Source: Sphaerodactylus townsendi (taxonomy: Eukaryota). From it: DNA of 64,000 bases. Positions 62,157-64,000 of this stretch are shown one piece after another. Below the pieces are notes generated by a model. That model made no database searches, had not been told where the DNA came from, and saw only the letters and a program-made list of their open reading frames with translations. The position numbers and the translations under genes were made by a program. Location of the stretch: the NCBI RefSeq assembly GCF_021028975.2, contig NC_059426.1, positions 51,646,001 to 51,710,000 on the forward strand, given 5' to 3'. Numbering within the stretch: position 1 is the first letter of the stretch; each line of letters opens with the position of its first letter.

Positions 62157-63044
62157 CAGTGGTGGGATTCAAAAATTTTAGTAACAGGTTCCGATGGTGG
62201 TGGGATTCAAACAGTGGTGCAGCGCCAATGGGGCTGGGCGGGGCACGACGGGGGCATGGCCAGGCATTCTGGGGGTGTGGCATTCCTGGGTGGGGCTGTG
62301 GCAAGGACACAGGGCACGCGCGCCCCAGGTGCAGTTCCTTTTTGCCCCGCCTCTAGATTCAAATAATGACTGTTTAAAGTATTCAAAAAGCAATATACCG
62401 AAAGGTAATGTATTATTTCTTTTTTATATAATTATATTGATTGGTTTTAAATAATAACATAAAAAAGGAGAGAAACCAAAAACTGTTTACAATTGTTAAC
62501 ATATTGCAAACATATCTAATTGTCTATCTCTCTCACCCCCCAACTAAAACATCCTATATTGCCTCTCTCCTTCCCATATTTCCCTCACTCCCTACTTTCT
62601 ACTTCCCCTCCAGATTCCTATAACTACTTTATCTATTCCACTTGAAAGAAAACTAACAGAGGGAGAGATCCAAAATCCTTAATCTAAAAGAGTAGTTTAA
62701 ACTCTTCTCTTTCCAATACAAATTTCAAGGCAAAAAAAGAAAATGAAAAATCTTTACCTATAATACTTTCCCAACCTTTATACCAATGAACAAAAAAATA
62801 GAATTACTATATTTTGTATTATTTCATACCGTTCATACACATGTGGGGGGGGGTGCCATGGGGGGCAGGGGGCCCTGGGAGGTGATTTTGCATCCACCAC
62901 TTGAAGAGATTTGTTGTACCCAGGGACAGAGATTACCCCCTTGTCCCTAGTGGAGTTAATCATTAATAACCGGTTCTCCGAACTGAGAAAATTTTAGTAA
63001 CCGGTTCTACCGAATAGGTCCGAATAGGCTGCATCCCACCTCTG
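62157..63044. mobile_element. hAT element (CAGTGGTGGGATTC family), 888 bp, with L1-like internal segment
   Basis: TIRs cagtggtgggat / atcccacctctg; perfect 8-bp TSD catctcta. First ~150 bp is the inverted homolog of 58500-58651; AT-rich interior ~62400-62830. Confidence 0.88.
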
Positions 63045-63924
63045 CATCTCTAGTGAGACATAGAATCCTAGTACCTCTGTGGATAATTTTCTGAGAAGCT
63101 GTAATCCAAAATGTTATATGGTGCACAATTTTGGGGAAGTTGATTCCATAGAATTGGTCCAGAGAAATTTCTTATGGAACATACTTATGCACTATTAGTA
63201 TGAAGGATGAGAAGGCTTCACTGTGAGGCATCTATATTATAGTCTTTTCCACTGGAAGATGACAGTAGAATTGTATTTTAATCTGCCATGTCCTGGACCT
63301 TCTTTGTTCTAGAATGCTCTGCTTGGGTCCTAGTACCTTGGGAACAGAACTAAGGAGGAATTAGGGCCCAATACAATCAACTGGATGGAACATTTAATAA
63401 ACCAGTAGGGTTAGTATTCAGAGACAGCGGCAATCGCTGCTCTTGATTCCACTGACTTTGGGGTCCCGCACCTCAGCAGCCACTGCCCAGCATTCTGTCA
63501 CCACCATACACTTTGCCAGAATCCTGGAGCAGCCCCCAGAGGCAATGTGATGCAGTAGAAGGCTGCTGCGGCAGTCTTGGCCCCAGTGTGTGTGTGGGGC
63601 GGGGGGGAGAGGTGAGAAGTCCCATGCCAGTGACAAGCAGAGAAGGATGGCAGGTGGGTCAGTGAGAGCCCCTGGAGGCCCAGCCTTCTGATCTAGGCCT
63701 GCTGCCCAGGCCCTCTGGCAACAGACCAATCATGCTGTTATCTTCCTGGGGGAGGAGGGAGGAGGCAGCCCCCACCCTTCACAGGCCTAAGAAGGGAGGT
63801 GAGACTCTGGGCCAGGTGGTCAACAAGGGGCTTAACCAGGCCAGAGTGAAGGCCTGCGGCCTAATGGGGAGTTGGAGAAAGGGCCTCCAGAATTTTGTGG
63901 CCAACCCCCCTCCCCCCGGTTCTT

Positions 63925-64000
63925 GGTGGCCCTGGGGAGACTACCAAGGAAGACTAGGCAGAGGAAGGCAATGGCAAACCATTTTTGTTTCTCACTTGCC
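63925..64000 (+). mobile_element. SINE fragment (Sauria/RTE-type tail), runs off window
   Basis: gagactaccaaggaagac...gaggaaggcaatggcaaacc...ctcacttgcc. Confidence 0.6.

Overview
Eukaryotic genomic DNA from a squamate reptile, probably a gecko. This is inferred from Sauria-type SINEs, a SPIN MITE, L1/L2/CR1 LINE remnants, Penelope-like elements and many hAT/Harbinger/Tigger MITEs. No intact host protein-coding exon can be identified. The window holds the 5' end of an unidentified minus-strand gene: a CpG-island promoter and first exon (~20.2-21.95 kb, donor at 21302), an ~18.6 kb first intron and a 147-bp mostly non-coding second exon (2562-2708). Upstream lie ~42 kb of TE-rich DNA with several motif-dense, enhancer-like islands. 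Most notable observations: (1) a Penelope-derived family carrying minimal hammerhead ribozyme motifs, including a 98-bp-arm palindrome with opposed ribozymes (one intact, one core-mutated) and a 25-bp micro-insertion with the same end point; (2) a young CpG-rich solo LTR in intron 1 with CCAAT box, TATA box and splice donor all in the host-gene orientation; (3) two strong-Kozak uORFs completed by the exon1-exon2 junction; (4) a SPIN MITE with a CORE-SINE-like interior inside a three-level TE nest; (5) a minisatellite growing from a MITE end; (6) an exact 21-bp match between a MITE interior and unique DNA 2.7 kb away. Family names come from recognising sequence hallmarks by eye, not from database searches.
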